Notes under the pieces: generated by a model | Told to the model about the DNA's origin: nothing | Seen by the model: only the letters and a program-made list of their open reading frames with translations | The model's database searches: none | In this document: positions 38,029-51,302 of the stretch, in pieces | Layout: the number at the start of each line of letters is the position of its first letter | Position numbering within the stretch: the stretch's first letter is position 1 | Assembly: GCF_963676685.1 (NCBI RefSeq) | Contig: NC_092353.1 | Location: 34,038,001 to 34,102,000, forward strand | Direction: 5' to 3' | DNA: 64,000 nucleotides | Origin: Mytilus edulis | Taxonomy: Eukaryota | Position numbers and translations under genes: made by a program

Positions 38029-39296
38029 TTTTACACGACCGCAAAAAAAAATAAAAATTGGTCGTATATTGGTATCACGCTGATGGCAACACTGACGAAT
38101 GATTGTTTCTGGATAATAACTTTTTAATAACTAAGAAATCAATAAGATTTTAACACAATGTTTATAACCACAAATGAAAGCATGGGATTGATTTTGGGGT
38201 TTATGGTTTAGGAATTAGGGGCCCAAAGGGGCCAAAAACAACATTTATCTAGTTTTAGGACAAAAAGTTGTGTATTAGTATTTCAATTGTTCTGAAATTG
38301 TACCACCATGTTAAATACCATTGGTTGGGATTTATTTTAAGGGGTTATTGGGCAAACAGTCTAGAAATTAAGGGCCAAAAACAAGCATTTTTCTAGTTTC
38401 AAGACAATCACTTGTGTGTAACTGTATGGATCTTTCTGACATTGTACCACAAGTTTCCATATAACACGGGGAAAAGCTGAGATTCAGTTTGGGGTTAATT
38501 TTCTTGAATAAAAAAGAAGCAATTTTGAGGTTTATAGACAATCACTTGTGTTTATCTGTATGGATCTCCATGAATTTTTACAAGAAGGTTTAATACCACT
38601 AAAGGTAGGTTGGGATTGATTTTGAGGGTTATGGTCCCAATAGATTAGGAATTGGGGACCAAAAAGGGGGCCCAAAATAATCATTCTTGTAGTTTACAAA
38701 CAATAACTTATGTTTAAGTGTATGAATTTCTCTGAAAAAATTAAACCACAAGTTTCCATACCATGTAGGGATGGTTAGTATTGACTTTTTTTTTTGGGGG
38801 GGGGGGGGGGGTGAGGTTTGGAATTAGGGGCAAAAAGGGAAAAAACTAGGTATTTCTGGTCAATGGACAATTAAGACAATTTAAAAGCAGTGTAAGGGAG
38901 GTAAATCAAAAATATTTAACATACAGTGTTGGGTATGTTCGGATTTACCTCCCTTACACTACTTGTATATTATGTATAAAGAAATGTCAGGTTTTGGACT
39001 AATTGCAAAAAAAAGGAAGGTGGTAGTTGTTTTCAATTTTTTTTTCTTCAAATTTCTCAATTTCCAAATTTTTGAAAAGTTCAAAGAAGAAATCTTTAAT
39101 AGCACAATATTGCGCAATAGATTTGGAAGATCTTGACATTTGTTTTGTGTCAGAAACTCATATTATGTCAAAAATTTGACCGCAATCCGAATTCAGAGCT
39201 GTATCAAGCTTGAATGTTGTGTCCATACTTTCCCCCAACTGTTCAGGGTTCGACTTCTGCGGTCGTATAAAGCTGCGCCTTGTGGAGCACCTGGTT
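38029..39296 (+). mobile_element. Non-autonomous Helentron-associated element (HINE) with degenerate ~150-bp internal repeats
   Basis: T-run + TACACGACCGC 5' subTIR and adjacent inverted GGTCGTAT; internal tandem repeats (GGAATTAGGGG...CCAAAA); 3' GCGGTCGTATA subTIR plus stem-loop GCTGCGCC...GGAGCACCTGG. Confidence 0.75.
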
Positions 39297-39339
39297 ACCT
39301 ATTATGTCTTTTTGTTGGTCACGCATTGTTGTCAATATG

Positions 39340-39565
39340 ATAGAGTTTTATGCAACTGTCATACAAGTGAGGGTTAGCTAGCTATAAGACCAGATTTAAC
39401 CCCCCCCCCCCCCATTTTTTACATAACGAAATGACTGTATCAAGTTAGGAATATGACAATTGTTTTCCAATCGTTTAATGTGTTTGAGCTTTTGATTTTG
39501 CAATTTGGCAAAATCCGTTTTGAATTTCACTTGCAATTCGGTATTTTTGTTATTTTACTGTTTTC
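39340..39565 (+). repeat. Dispersed interspersed repeat; related pieces at ~29560-29850, 42470-42525, 59290-59520 (-) and 61690-61800
   Basis: Shared block CAAGTCAGGAA...TTCGTTTGATGTGTTTGAGCTTTTGATTT...CCGTTTTGAATTTTCCTCGGAGTTCGGTATTTTTGT recurs in the window. Confidence 0.65.
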
Positions 39566-40210
39566 AGACAAATGCTAGATCTGTACACTTAATGGTATGT
39601 AGGCAAATGAGAAAAAAATCCAATTGATATCTAAGACTTTTATTGAAACTGTTCAAGTTGAGAAACAAACCTGAAATACTATATTTAAACTGGCGACAAG
39701 GAAGACGACAATTGATGATGACGACATTCAACATAAAAAAAAGTCTTTACATCTATAGTTAAACCTATATTTCAATATTTACATTTGACAGATAAGAATA
39801 AATGAACATTAATTGACATACGAAATGTATCAGTTAGCACATACAAGTCAGTATCTCTGATACTATATATGGAGGTATTGACCAATGCTCGACAACAATT
39901 AAAATAACAGAAATTGATCACTATCAAAGTAATCATTAAAAACAACTAAACCATACGATAGGCCTTGTTTAGTTTTAATAACTATCAATGGTGCATCTGA
40001 ATTTTGTCGTATCATATGCTTTACATGTTTTCAATCTATCTCCTTAATATATTTTCATAAAAGAAGAAACATTGCTGTAAGCTACTACATTGATATATCT
40101 TTTTTCACATGAGAGATATTAATAAACATAATTAATTACAATAGAAAGAAATTCGTGGTATCAAAACTAGCCTCCAACGTTCGATTGGATTTTGTGTATA
40201 TGTTACCTGG

Positions 40211-43200
40211 TTAATCATAACTTTTTCTGATTGACTTGGAAACACGCCTTGTTGACAAATTTGCAATCGCAAACAACAAGCCTTGAATACTGCAAGTAGT
40301 TATAAACAAGTATTCCATAAACTCAGTCTGAACAACGGCTCCCAGTATTCCAGTAACCCAAAATGCACCTGTCACGATGCTTATTCGAACAAAAACTGGA
40401 ATGAATTTAAAAGAACTTGACTTCCGTATGTGCCGTGTCTCATATGACTGCTTAGTTATTACAACAGCAATACAAATTAGACTGACAACATTGATGAGAA
40501 CCGACAAACCTATCGGAGCAGATACAAAGATTAAGTTAGCGGGATACCCTGTAGGGAAGCAAATACTCCCGCTGTAATCAAGAGTAACACCAGGAATAAT
40601 CAAATCAATTATCATTGCAGGTCCTACAAATATAACTGGCAACAGAAGACCAAGAACTGTAAGATATGCTTTCTTGTTTTTTATACCAAGTGCATGTGCA
40701 TTATTAGCTGACATTTGTCTTATATTATGACACATATAAACCAGGGCAACAGACTTGAATGAAAACACAGACAGCCAAAGGTAGTGGAGAACAACACCTA
40801 CGGTATAGCAGACTATATAATGATCATTGGCGCCAACACCCACCATGAATAAAATATCTGAAAGTAACAAAGCAATGGATAAATTTTCTACGTTTGAACC
40901 AGGAATTGTTTTATGCATTCCGAACTTTCTGTGTACAGTCAGATATACAGTTAAGGCAAGTATAGAAACACCCATACCAGTATATGTTATAATATTCTTC
41001 CTAAAATCCTGTGATGTTAATGTTTGATCCAATTCATTCCAACATGTTACCTTTGTAACTATCATAGCTGCTGATTTTTCCTCTATTTCAGATTCAATTG
41101 TATAACTGTCACATAGTTGTTCACTGAAGTTGGTTTTGATGCTGACATTTATCTCTTCATGCGACAGTCCTTTTTTATCCAAGGTCGTAGAATCAGTATC
41201 ATTATCAATTAACAACCGCTCCACTTTAAACGTGGAAAACTCGAAATCATGTCTGTTTGATGATTTAATTCGCATGAACCATAAACAGTTGTGTAGTTTA
41301 GTTTCAAATTTTAACATTTCAATTGAATTGAGTTTCTTGATGATTTTTAGTTGCATTTTTGTTGGAGTAACATAATGTGTTTTATTACTTTTATATGTTT
41401 GATATCTATATACTGACATACTCAATGTTTCAATATCTCGCTGGAACGACCATGCCATCACCAGCAGAATTTGTTTCATCATTTTGTCCTCCATTGCAAA
41501 CGGATGCAGCCAGTGAATTATTTTCTCTGTTCGATAACCAGAAAACAATTCAGTCTCTATGCAGAATTTGTTAACCTAAGAGAAAAGAACGACATTTAAG
41601 TACATACAATGTTTAATTGCTATGGTGTTTCACCACTGCCTCATGAAAAGATTATAGGAGAATTTGGCACTTAATAACAATTTAAACCCATTACATCTAT
41701 CGACCCGATGTCCAATGAATGTTGTTGGCTGACTTATCTATGGTTGTGTGATGACTAACAATGATATACTTACCTACATTTGAGACAGCACATTAACCCA
41801 ATGTAGTTGTTTTCATATTATTCACGAAAACCTGAGGACCTATATGACAAAAAAGGACTACGAAAATAGTGAAATTCAACTTTGCCTTAGAGGGGTAATA
41901 ACTTAATCGACAGGTTGTAGATAATCATTTGGGCCTCAATAGCGCCCGTTCGAGAGCATACATAGTCTTGCACAAACTTATTCCCCTGTATTGTTATAAA
42001 TTACAATGCACATGTGTATGGCAAAACACAAAATGTAAAAAAAGATCCTTTTAGCTATTACGGAAACCAACATCAACACTTAATTATAATTTTGCTTGGA
42101 ATTACCAGAAAACAAAAATGAGTGGGAAATACCAAGAGAAATTTGGTGCTCATAAATCGAAGATAAACTGACAAAGTCATAAAAAATATATCTAAAGAAA
42201 AACGTCAAACAGTTACACAAAAGAAAACACCAATAGAAATCTAGATTCTGAACAACTGAAAACCCTATTCACGTTTGTGTTGATATCAGGTGCTTCGGAA
42301 TTGCTTCAGTCGGTGCTTATACATTTATACGGAGATAGCCGCCAGGTGCAAATACACCTATATGGCCCTCAGTTACGCAATGTATTTGTCTGTTGTATGT
42401 AAGTAGCAGTGAAACCTAATGAAAATTGACACTTTTATGCGTGCAGAAGATGAAAAGAAAAAAGATACATCTTTCCGTTTTGAATTTTCCTCGGCGTTCG
42501 GTATTTCTGTGATTTTACTTTTATTGTAATATTTGTCTTTCCAGGTTGATTTATGAGATATGAATAAAGGTAAACTTCTGTAACTATAAAATGTTTCGTC
42601 TAATAAAAAAGTATTAAGACTGCTTATACTTTTATACGGAGATAGCCACCAGGTGCAAATACTCCTGCATGGCCCTCAATAACGCAATGTATTTGTCTGT
42701 TGTATGTAAGTAGCAGTGTTATATTCAAACGACAGGAAACGATATATATTCAAATACATCTGTTTTATCAGATGAACAGAAGGTTCTAAAGTATTGATTT
42801 TAAATATTTCATCACTTTGAAGTCATTTTACTGAAATAGTGTCTGAATTCAATTTCAAAACTGTCACTTAATCTTAACGACGTCAAAGACATACTCATGT
42901 GTTGCAATATACGATATATGTGTCGTCCGGTGTTCTATAGATAAATATGATCAATGCAAGTTATCAGTATAATATAAGCCTAAGGTAACTCTAATATGTA
43001 TACATTACCTTGTTATTACAGTACAGATTCCTTTCTGTAAACGAGAACACCACCGATAGCGGAAACCAGTTATACCACTGACCAAACGAATCACTTGATC
43101 CTAAACATGAACATCCATAATCAGGAGGTACACAAAACACATTCATATATAATTCCCGTTTACCACTCTTTGCACGAACAACTGGATTCATGTAGTAATT

Positions 43201-44232
43201 AAAGCAGTTTTCTGTATTTTCTACCTTTGGTTTATCAAATAACACGCATTGCCGAACTGCAACTGTTTTCGGAGGAATAAGTTCCATCTGAACATCTGTA
43301 AACTTGTTAAATTGATAATGATTTAAAACTTCAACTAGTTTATGCAACATTGTCGTGTTAGTTTCCATTGTAAGATACTTTGATTCAACATTTGAAAAAT
43401 TTACTGAAAAATGTTGAAAAGCAGTCACTCCGTTGCATTCAGCACAAAATTGATTTTGAAAAACAACATTATCATCGCTTACAACCCATGGTCCAACTGT
43501 CAATAAATCATTTGAACGACACTTCAAATCAATGTCTGTGCTCGTGAAAAGTTCTGGACAATTTTTGATAATGAATATACCATCGATTCTATCTTTTCTG
43601 GATGTATGTGGTGAACATTCGAAATTTAAATTGAAATTTACTTTGGAATGATTTATATTATTAGCGTCAATACAACAATCATTATAAAATGTACAAAAAT
43701 CATCACATCGACAAAACGGAATAGACAAATTAGAAACATGTTTGCACGTACCATACTGTGAACACGGGTCCAAGCTAAGCAGATCCATTTTCCCCTTTGT
43801 AACCGATAACGGAGTCATCGTGGACATATGTCGTAAGGGATCGTTTGTGATATGGTCAATAGAAGAAATGAACATCTTTCCAAAGGAATATTGTTTACCA
43901 GATTGAACAGACAAGTCAGCATTGCTCTGAAACTGTCTAGGTTCTGTTGTTGAAACGTTACATCGTAAGGGAACATCTAGCCCTAGGGTTGTGACTGGTA
44001 GAATACTGCTGCAGTTGTCGGAAATGTTTGCTGAGTTATTGAATGTTAAACGGGTTGACGAATCGTGACCATATTTATTATCAGTTGTCGGTTCATTGAT
44101 ATCTGGTGTGAGTTCGGTTGAATTTTGTAGATATTTCGAAGTTCTATCATTAATTTCCATACAAAAAGTAAACGAAAACAGCAAAGTTAATAAAGCATTT
44201 GTACATAAAGATTCCATTGTTTTTACATCCAT
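40211..44232 (-). CDS. Family-B/adhesion (methuselah/latrophilin-like) 7TM receptor with somatomedin-B-like Cys-rich ectodomain, 862 aa; complement(join(40211-41575,43009-44232))
   Basis: Exon 1: signal-peptide-like N-terminus, S/T/N-rich stalk, SMB-like CRCDDFCTFYNDCCID and FQNQFCAECNG. Donor AAG|GTAATG at 43009 and acceptor TTTTCTCTTAG at 41575 are in frame. Exon 2 has seven hydrophobic helices with secretin-family motifs (NLSIAL, C...VVLHYLWL, ICF, PIG..VLIN, GAFW, SIQG). Confidence 0.88.
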
Positions 44233-46007
44233 TAAGTCTGGGTTTTATTGTGTATTGCTTGTATATATAGTATATATATATATGGACAAATAAAAAAGTC
44301 ATGATCGTGTCATTTCCACTTTGTTGATTGTTTCATCTGTCATTATATGGAAGCTTTTAAGGAATTTTCATTTTTCTTTTTAAGTCTCATGATTTCAATT
44401 AAAACTAATATTTTAATATAATTAGCAGGTGCGTTTCCATTATATTTTTCAATTTTAAAGATTATGTTTATAAAAGGGTTTTTTCTTTTGATACTAGTAA
44501 TGGGATAATTGACTGATATACTGTGAAGATTGTCTAACCGAATTTAATATCAATATGAAAATGTTAATTATAAAGGAAAAAAAAAACTTTTTGAAACTTG
44601 TCATAGAAAATAAAAATGTGTATTTGTCTTTTATTGACTCTGTAGAGTCATATAATCGTGGAAATTCAAATTAGGAGCATTTTAATTTTGAATTACACAT
44701 CTCAAAAAGTATCATTGTAACAGGATTTAGACAGCTAAAGGATTTCTAAAGGTTTGCAATTTCTTTTTTAGGATGCACAGTTTCTTTTTCTGCTATTATA
44801 TATTGATATGAAATAGTAATGGGACTATATAATACCACATGTAAGGGAATCTAACAGTTGATTGTCCGTAAAGAACGAATACCTTGAACAAAATTAAATA
44901 TGATACCCAATTATGTAACATATTTATTCGGATATCTTTAATGTTTTGAATGAAAAATACGATTAATTAATAATGATTTTTTAATGAGAACTTGCTGCAA
45001 AAAGTGGTCAAATAGTGCGAACGTCTATCAGAATGAATGTAGGGTAACCGTTCGCTCCGGACCTACAATATAATAGTATCAGTTAAACTATTAAAAGGTA
45101 TATTTAAAGTTGAATTTCAATTCAATGATTCAATATATTTGCATATTTAAACGTTTACATTAAAGGGAAGTAATAATTGTATTCAACAAAAATATATACT
45201 ATATCAAAAGTACAAATGTTGAAATAAAAAGCATGCCGATATGCATGAGAACAGAATTCATACAGATACAAATACTTCGAGAGTTCTTAGTATCAAAAAT
45301 ATGTTATGGCGGGCATATATAATGAAATTCTCATTAAGTTTTTACAATAGAAACATTGTGTTTTTAATGTTAATAATACTGAAAAGTACTCCCTTGTAAC
45401 AATATTTTAGTTAATAACAGATAGTTTACAGGTAAACATAAATATGCTACACTTTATGAGAACCTGCTAATCCCTATTGTTGTTTTAGTCTAATTTTTCA
45501 AACGTTGTTGTTTTTTTTTGTGTTATTGCACTTCTGTGTTATGTTATTTCGTTGTTTTCCTCTTGTAGTTGAAGTGTTTCCCTCGGTTTTAGTTTGTAAC
45601 TCGGATTGGTTTTCTCTCAATCGATTGATGACTTTTGATCAGCGGTACAATACTGTTGCCTTTATTTAACCCAACCCTTGTACTGACGATCCATATCTTA
45701 CAGGCTTTAAGTTCATTAAAGAGATTGTATACATTTACAGCCAGTCTTATTTGTTTAACAGAGATGTTGTTCAGTGGCCTATCTCGTACAATCATATTAT
45801 TGGCATAATCAAATGTACAAATTAGATAAAACGGTAACCGTTACATTCTAACATCTTATCTATAAATGACTGTCTTATTGATTTGGCATTTAAAACTATT
45901 TTGTATCAAACGCCACTCGTGTGTAGACAAAACGTGGGTCTGGCGTACGAAGTTATGTTTTACTATAGTATTCAATATCAAAACCGAGATATTATGTGTA
46001 AAATCCG

Positions 46008-46340
46008 ATTTTCCCAATGATTCCTACTTATTAAAATACTAGTACATAATTCACAGATCTGACAATCTTTTCTGGTATACATCTGTTTAGATATTATTCA
46101 GGTGAACGATGGCTTAACAGTAGCACAGTGACATTTTCCCAATGATTCCTACTTATTAAATTACTAGTACATAATTCACAGATCTGACAATCTTTTCTGG
46201 TATACATCTGTTTAGATATTATTCAGGTGAACGATGGCATAACAGTAGCACAGTGAAATTTTCCCAATGATTCCTACTTATTAAATTACTAGTACATAAT
46301 TCACAGATCTGACAATCTTTTCTGTTATACGTCAGTTTAG
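46008..46340. repeat. 125-bp tandem repeat, about 2.6 copies
   Basis: ATTTTCCCAATGATTCCTACTTATTAAA at ~46008, 46133 and 46258. Confidence 0.9.
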
Positions 46341-46463
46341 CTATCAAATGAAAATGTATAGTAGGTAGAGGCTCCAAGATTGATATTTCTCGCTCAGAAT
46401 ATGTGAAGAAGGAATACTATGCTGTGCTATTTTCAGAATAAGTTCCATAACGACTTTTAGTAA

Positions 46464-47076
46464 ACAAAACTTTACGACAAAAGAGATGATTTCAGCTTTC
46501 CAATTGTGAACTTTCCATTTCTAAGTAGCAACATTCCAGCAGCACCTGCATACGGGGTATATATCTCCCAATTGATACGATATTCCCGTGCTTGCATTTC
46601 CTATCATGATTTTCTTGATAGAGGTTTGCTGCTCACAAGGAAGCTATTAAACCAAGAGTTCCAAATAGTGAAGTTGAAATCATCCCTTCGTAAATTTTAC
46701 GGACGCCATCACGAGTTGGTTGACCGTTATGGAATAACCGTTTCACAAATGATATCGGATATGTTCCTTGCGTCGTAACTGCAGTCCCCTTCCCTTTCGT
46801 GAATGTGACCTACCGAATTGGACTATTTGCCGGATTTGTAATCACATAAGCAATACGACGGGTGCCACATGTGGAGCGGGATCTGCTTGCCCTTCCGGAG
46901 CACCTGAGATCACCCCTAGTTTTTGGTGGGGTTCGTGTTGTTTATTCTTTAGTTTTCAATGTTGTGTCGTGTGTACTATTGTTTTTCTGTATGTCTTTTT
47001 CATTTTTAGCCATGGCGTTGTCAGTTTGTTTTAGATTTATGAGTTTGACTGTCCCTTTGGTATCTTTCGTCCCTCC
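46464..47076 (+). mobile_element. Short 5'-truncated copy of the same Naiad-type PLE (thumb + 3' UTR)
   Basis: Nearly identical to 2385-2996; flanked by 8-bp direct repeat TTTAGTAA (46456-46463, 47077-47084). Confidence 0.9.
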
Positions 47077-47354
47077 TTTAGTAAGCACCAAAAATGAAAA
47101 ATCTCTTCATCATATTTCCTTTCACAAATCAGAAAGATACCGTCTTCTTGTTTGAGGAAGAAAATAAAAAAGCTATCATAATCAAGCATTGCTTGTCGCA
47201 GTCACATTTTTCGTCTAATAGAAAAGTATTAAGACTGCGGTATTTTTGTGATTTTACTTTTTTTGCAATGTTTGATTTGTCTTTCTAGTTGATTAAACGA
47301 TATATAAAGATAGGTAAACTTCTGTAACCATAACTTATTTCTGTTGAAAACATT

Positions 47355-47602
47355 TAAATTGTATAAATTTCAAGATTTAGAAAAGTTTTTAGTTTGAATA
47401 TATTGACATGATTCATTTGACATCGTGTTATTATTGAAGAAGGATATCTGTTATCCCAAATATCTAATATTTGTTCATTTTATAGTTATTTAATGGTGAT
47501 GTTATACCCTTTTTGACTTGTTATATATTATATTTTGTAGTGTACAGAATCATATTACATGATCCCGTAAGATTGATCGTTGACTATTTATTCAGTCATT
47601 TT
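47355..47602 (+). mobile_element. Older diverged PLE 3' terminal (pLTR) fragment ending in (TA)n
   Basis: Diverged inverted copy of 47623-47880; homologous to 54400-54570. Confidence 0.75.
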
Positions 47603-47622
47603 TATATATATATATATATATA

Positions 47623-50600
47623 AAATGACTGAATAAATAGTCAACGATTAGTCAACGATCAATCTTACGGGGCGATGGATCATAAAAACGATTCAGTACA
47701 CTACAGAATATAATATATAACAAGTCTAAAAGGGTACAACATCACCAAAAACACAATAAAACGAACAATATGTTAGATATTTCGGAAAACAGATATCCTT
47801 CCTCGGCAATTGCACGATGACAAATGAATCATGTCAATTAAAATTAACACTCTATCAAAATCTTGAAATTTATACAATTTAAGCGAACGGTTGAACAATT
47901 TTTAAAATTTCCAAACACGGCACAGACTACAAAGATATGCCAAAATAAAAATAGATATTAACGATGTGAACTGGCACAACTCTAAATTCCCAAAGGTGGT
48001 GACAGTTGAGATGTTAAACAACTGCGTGGAAATACAGTCCCAATAAACAGTCCTGACAGATCTAAGCTGGTATAATATTTAAAATATGACAACGGTAGAG
48101 CAATTGCAACAGAGACTGCGTTTTTAAACATCCCAAAAATATAGTAATTAGATGATTAGAAAAATGAGTAATAAATTTTTACTAAGGTTAAGTAATAGAA
48201 CGTGGCTGCGTATTTACACATCCCTGCCAACTATAATTAAAACTAGTATAATTAAAAAATTCCTGAAAAGTATAAGAGTCCAGTACGGAAGCCGGAGTTA
48301 CTGGACACAAGTGATGGCAGGAAATTAGTGATGGTAGGGAAAATGAGTGACTCTTCTATGTTTTTTTCGTTAATGCCCTCTGGGGAAACTGTCCTGAGCT
48401 TTCTTATCCAAAAACTTTCCCGAACAAGTCTGTCGGCCTTCGACCAGTCCTCGTTGTGATCTATGATGGTGATGGTAAGTTGTTTAAGATCAGCTTGGGC
48501 GTGCCCATGTGATCGTAAATGACGACTTACGGGGAGGTCGGGCTTGCAGGTGTATTCACTACGATGACCATTCATGCGTTTGTTGAATGGCTGTTCTGTC
48601 TCGCCAACATACTGCATGCCACATCGACACTGAAGAATGTATACAACATTCTGGGTTTTGCAAGTTACATTACAAAATATTGTGTACACAGACCCAATGG
48701 AGTGGCAAGTAAATGTTTGAGTATTCAGTATTTGTTGGCAAGTCAGACATCGTTTGTTACCACATGACTTGCACCATTCTGTAATTGAACAGCTTTTATT
48801 AGAGGAGACGGCAGCTTTCACAAATAAGTCTTTTAGACTTGCTGGTCTCCGAAAAGCTAAGACAGGAGGATCGGGAAAGATTTTGGATAATTTTGGGTGA
48901 TTGGCAATACTTTGCCAATTGGCACGGATCAAACGTGAAAGGTAAGTAAAGGCGGGGTTGTATGTTAAAACAAATGGAACTTCTTTGCTGCGCCTCTTCT
49001 TTTTGTACTGTAACAGGTCATTGCGGCTGTTATTGTTAGCACGCGCAAACTCCTTATCTATGTCCAATTTCTTAAAACCTCGTTTGATTAAAAATCCGCG
49101 AAGTTCCTATAACCGCTGAGTGACAGCCTCCTTAGAGGAGCAAATCCGCTTTACTCTGAGAGCTTGACTGTACGGGATACTTTTTTTACAGTGTTTGGGG
49201 TGACAACTTTGGGGAGAAAGGTACTGATGTTTATCTGTAGGTTTACAGTAGAGGTGTGTTGATATGACACCGTCTTTTATAGATGTAGTTGTGTCTAAGA
49301 AAGATATCTTAAGAGTCGGATATTTCATATGTAAATTTAATTGACTGGTGGGCGTTGTTTGCATGTCTGATAAAAGCATCCAATTTTTGTTGGGATTCAA
49401 TCCATTTCATGTCAACGTCATCGATGAAACGGAACCAAGACAGAGGTTTGGATAAAGATGTTGAAATAATTTGTTTCTCTAATTTGCCCATGAAAATATT
49501 GACGTAAGACGGTGCCATTTTCGTCCCCATCGCTGTCCCGTTTATTTGAAGGTAATTCTCACCATTAAAGGTAAAATTGTTGCATTTTAGGACCAGAGTA
49601 GGCAGCTGGACTAAACATTCGGTAGGTGGTTCTAAAGTGTTGCGCGAGTCCCATATTTCCCTACACGATTGTATTCCGTCATCATGAGGTATGTTGGTAA
49701 ATGCAATGAGGTGACATCTAAAGTGACAAGGAGAGTTTCCGGAGGAAGAGGGTTCATGGATTCCATTTTGCGAAGATAATCTGTAGTGTCTTGAATGTGA
49801 GAAGGAAGATTTTCTACATGAGATCTTAAATGAAAGTCTACAAATTCCGAGATTTTCTCAGTCGGGTGGCCGTTGGCGGATACAATGGGTCTACCGAGGT
49901 TGTTAACCTTGTGTATTTTAGGAAGAAGATACAATCGACCAGGCTTGGCGTTCTCTGGTTTTTAATATCCAATTGTATCCTCATCTATGTGACCGTCATT
50001 GTGCATGGTTTGTAACGCAGTAATAATTTGGGAACTAAACTCGGAAGTAGGTTCATAGTAAAGTTTCTTATAAAATCTCTCATCAGAGAGCTGATGTTCT
50101 GCGTCCGCGATGTAGTTGGCTTTGTCCATTATCACAACGGCACTTCCCTTGTCTGCTGGTTTTATAACAATATCATCTCGGTTTCTCAGCGATTGTATGG
50201 CATTTTTTCTCGTCAGAAGAGGTGTTATAAAACGACGAGTACTTATTGCTGGCTAGATGAACAACATCCGATTTCATTTTATCAATAACATCTTACAGTG
50301 TAGCAGATTTGCTGGGCTTTGGAACCCATGAACTCTTCTTTTTAAAATGCGGAATTATGATTTCGTCCTCCGAGTTGGACGTGGCTGTGTCTTCCTCATT
50401 ATCCTCCTCTTTATCCTTGTTACCAAAGTATTCTTTAATTCTGAGGGTTCTGGCAAAGTTATTGAGGTCATCCTCCAGTTTCATATTATCTATGTTACTT
50501 GGATTAGGGCAAAAGTTCAAACCCTTAGATAAGACTTTAGTTTCATCCTCAGTAAAAGAGACTGTTGACAAATTAACAACTGGGTTGTTGGGATTGGCCG

Positions 50601-50636
50601 TAATATGTATTTTTTTCGAAATCTACGGTTGCGAGG
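47623..50636 (-). mobile_element. Penelope-like retroelement, Neptune-type (RT, Cys linker, C-terminal GIY-YIG), frameshifted
   Basis: Broken ORF pieces: VLSKGLNFCP (50293-50571), [23 protein letters not shown] (49632-49934), [16 protein letters not shown] (49309-49530), YCKPTD..YL...SCHP (49107-49400), CKSCGNKRCLTC linker and NVVYILQC..CGMQYVGET...RMNGHRS...RESFWI..L.T..PEGIN (48252-49067). The 3' non-coding terminus runs into (TA)n at ~47603-47622. Confidence 0.92.
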
Positions 50637-51302
50637 CTTTTCCCGATCCTCCTGTCTTAGCTTTTCGGAGACCAGCAAGTCTAAAAGACTTATTTGTGAA
50701 AGCTGCCGTCTCCTCTAATAAAAGCTGTTCAACTACAGAATGGTGCAAGTCATGTGGTAACAAACGATGTCTGACTTGCCAACAAATACTGAATACTCAA
50801 ACATTTACTTGCCACTCCACTGGGTCTGTGTACACACTATTTTGTAATGTAACTTGCAAAACCCAGAATGTTGTATACATTCTTCAGTGTCGATGTGGCA
50901 TGCAGTATGTTGGCGAGACAGAACAGCCATTCAACAAACGCATGAATGGTCATCGTAGTGACTACACCCGCAAGCCCGACCTCCCCGTAAGTCGTCATTT
51001 AAGATCATATGGGCACGCCCAAGCTGATCTTAAAAAACTTACCATCACCATCATAGATCACAACGAGGACTGGTCGAAGGCCGACAGACTTGTTCGGGAA
51101 AGTTTTTGGATAAGAAAGCTCAGGACAGTTTCGCCAGAGGGCATTAACGAAAAAACATAGAAGAGTCACTCATTTTCCCTACCATCACTAATTTCCTGCC
51201 ATCACTTGTGTCCAGTAACTCCGGCTTCCGTACTGGACTATTACACTTTTCAGGAATTTTTTAATGATACTAGTTTTAATTACAGTTTGCAGGGATGTGT
51301 AA

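Noticed and set aside
45915-45950. Hammerhead ribozyme
   Set aside because: Only a decayed 3' half (TAGACAAAACGTGGGTCTGGCGTA); the CUGANGA and GAAA core is lost.
50309-51160. 283-aa ORF as a novel GIY-YIG fusion gene
   Set aside because: Chimera across the inversion junction: the antisense of the PLE N-terminal region fused to the inverted endonuclease copy.
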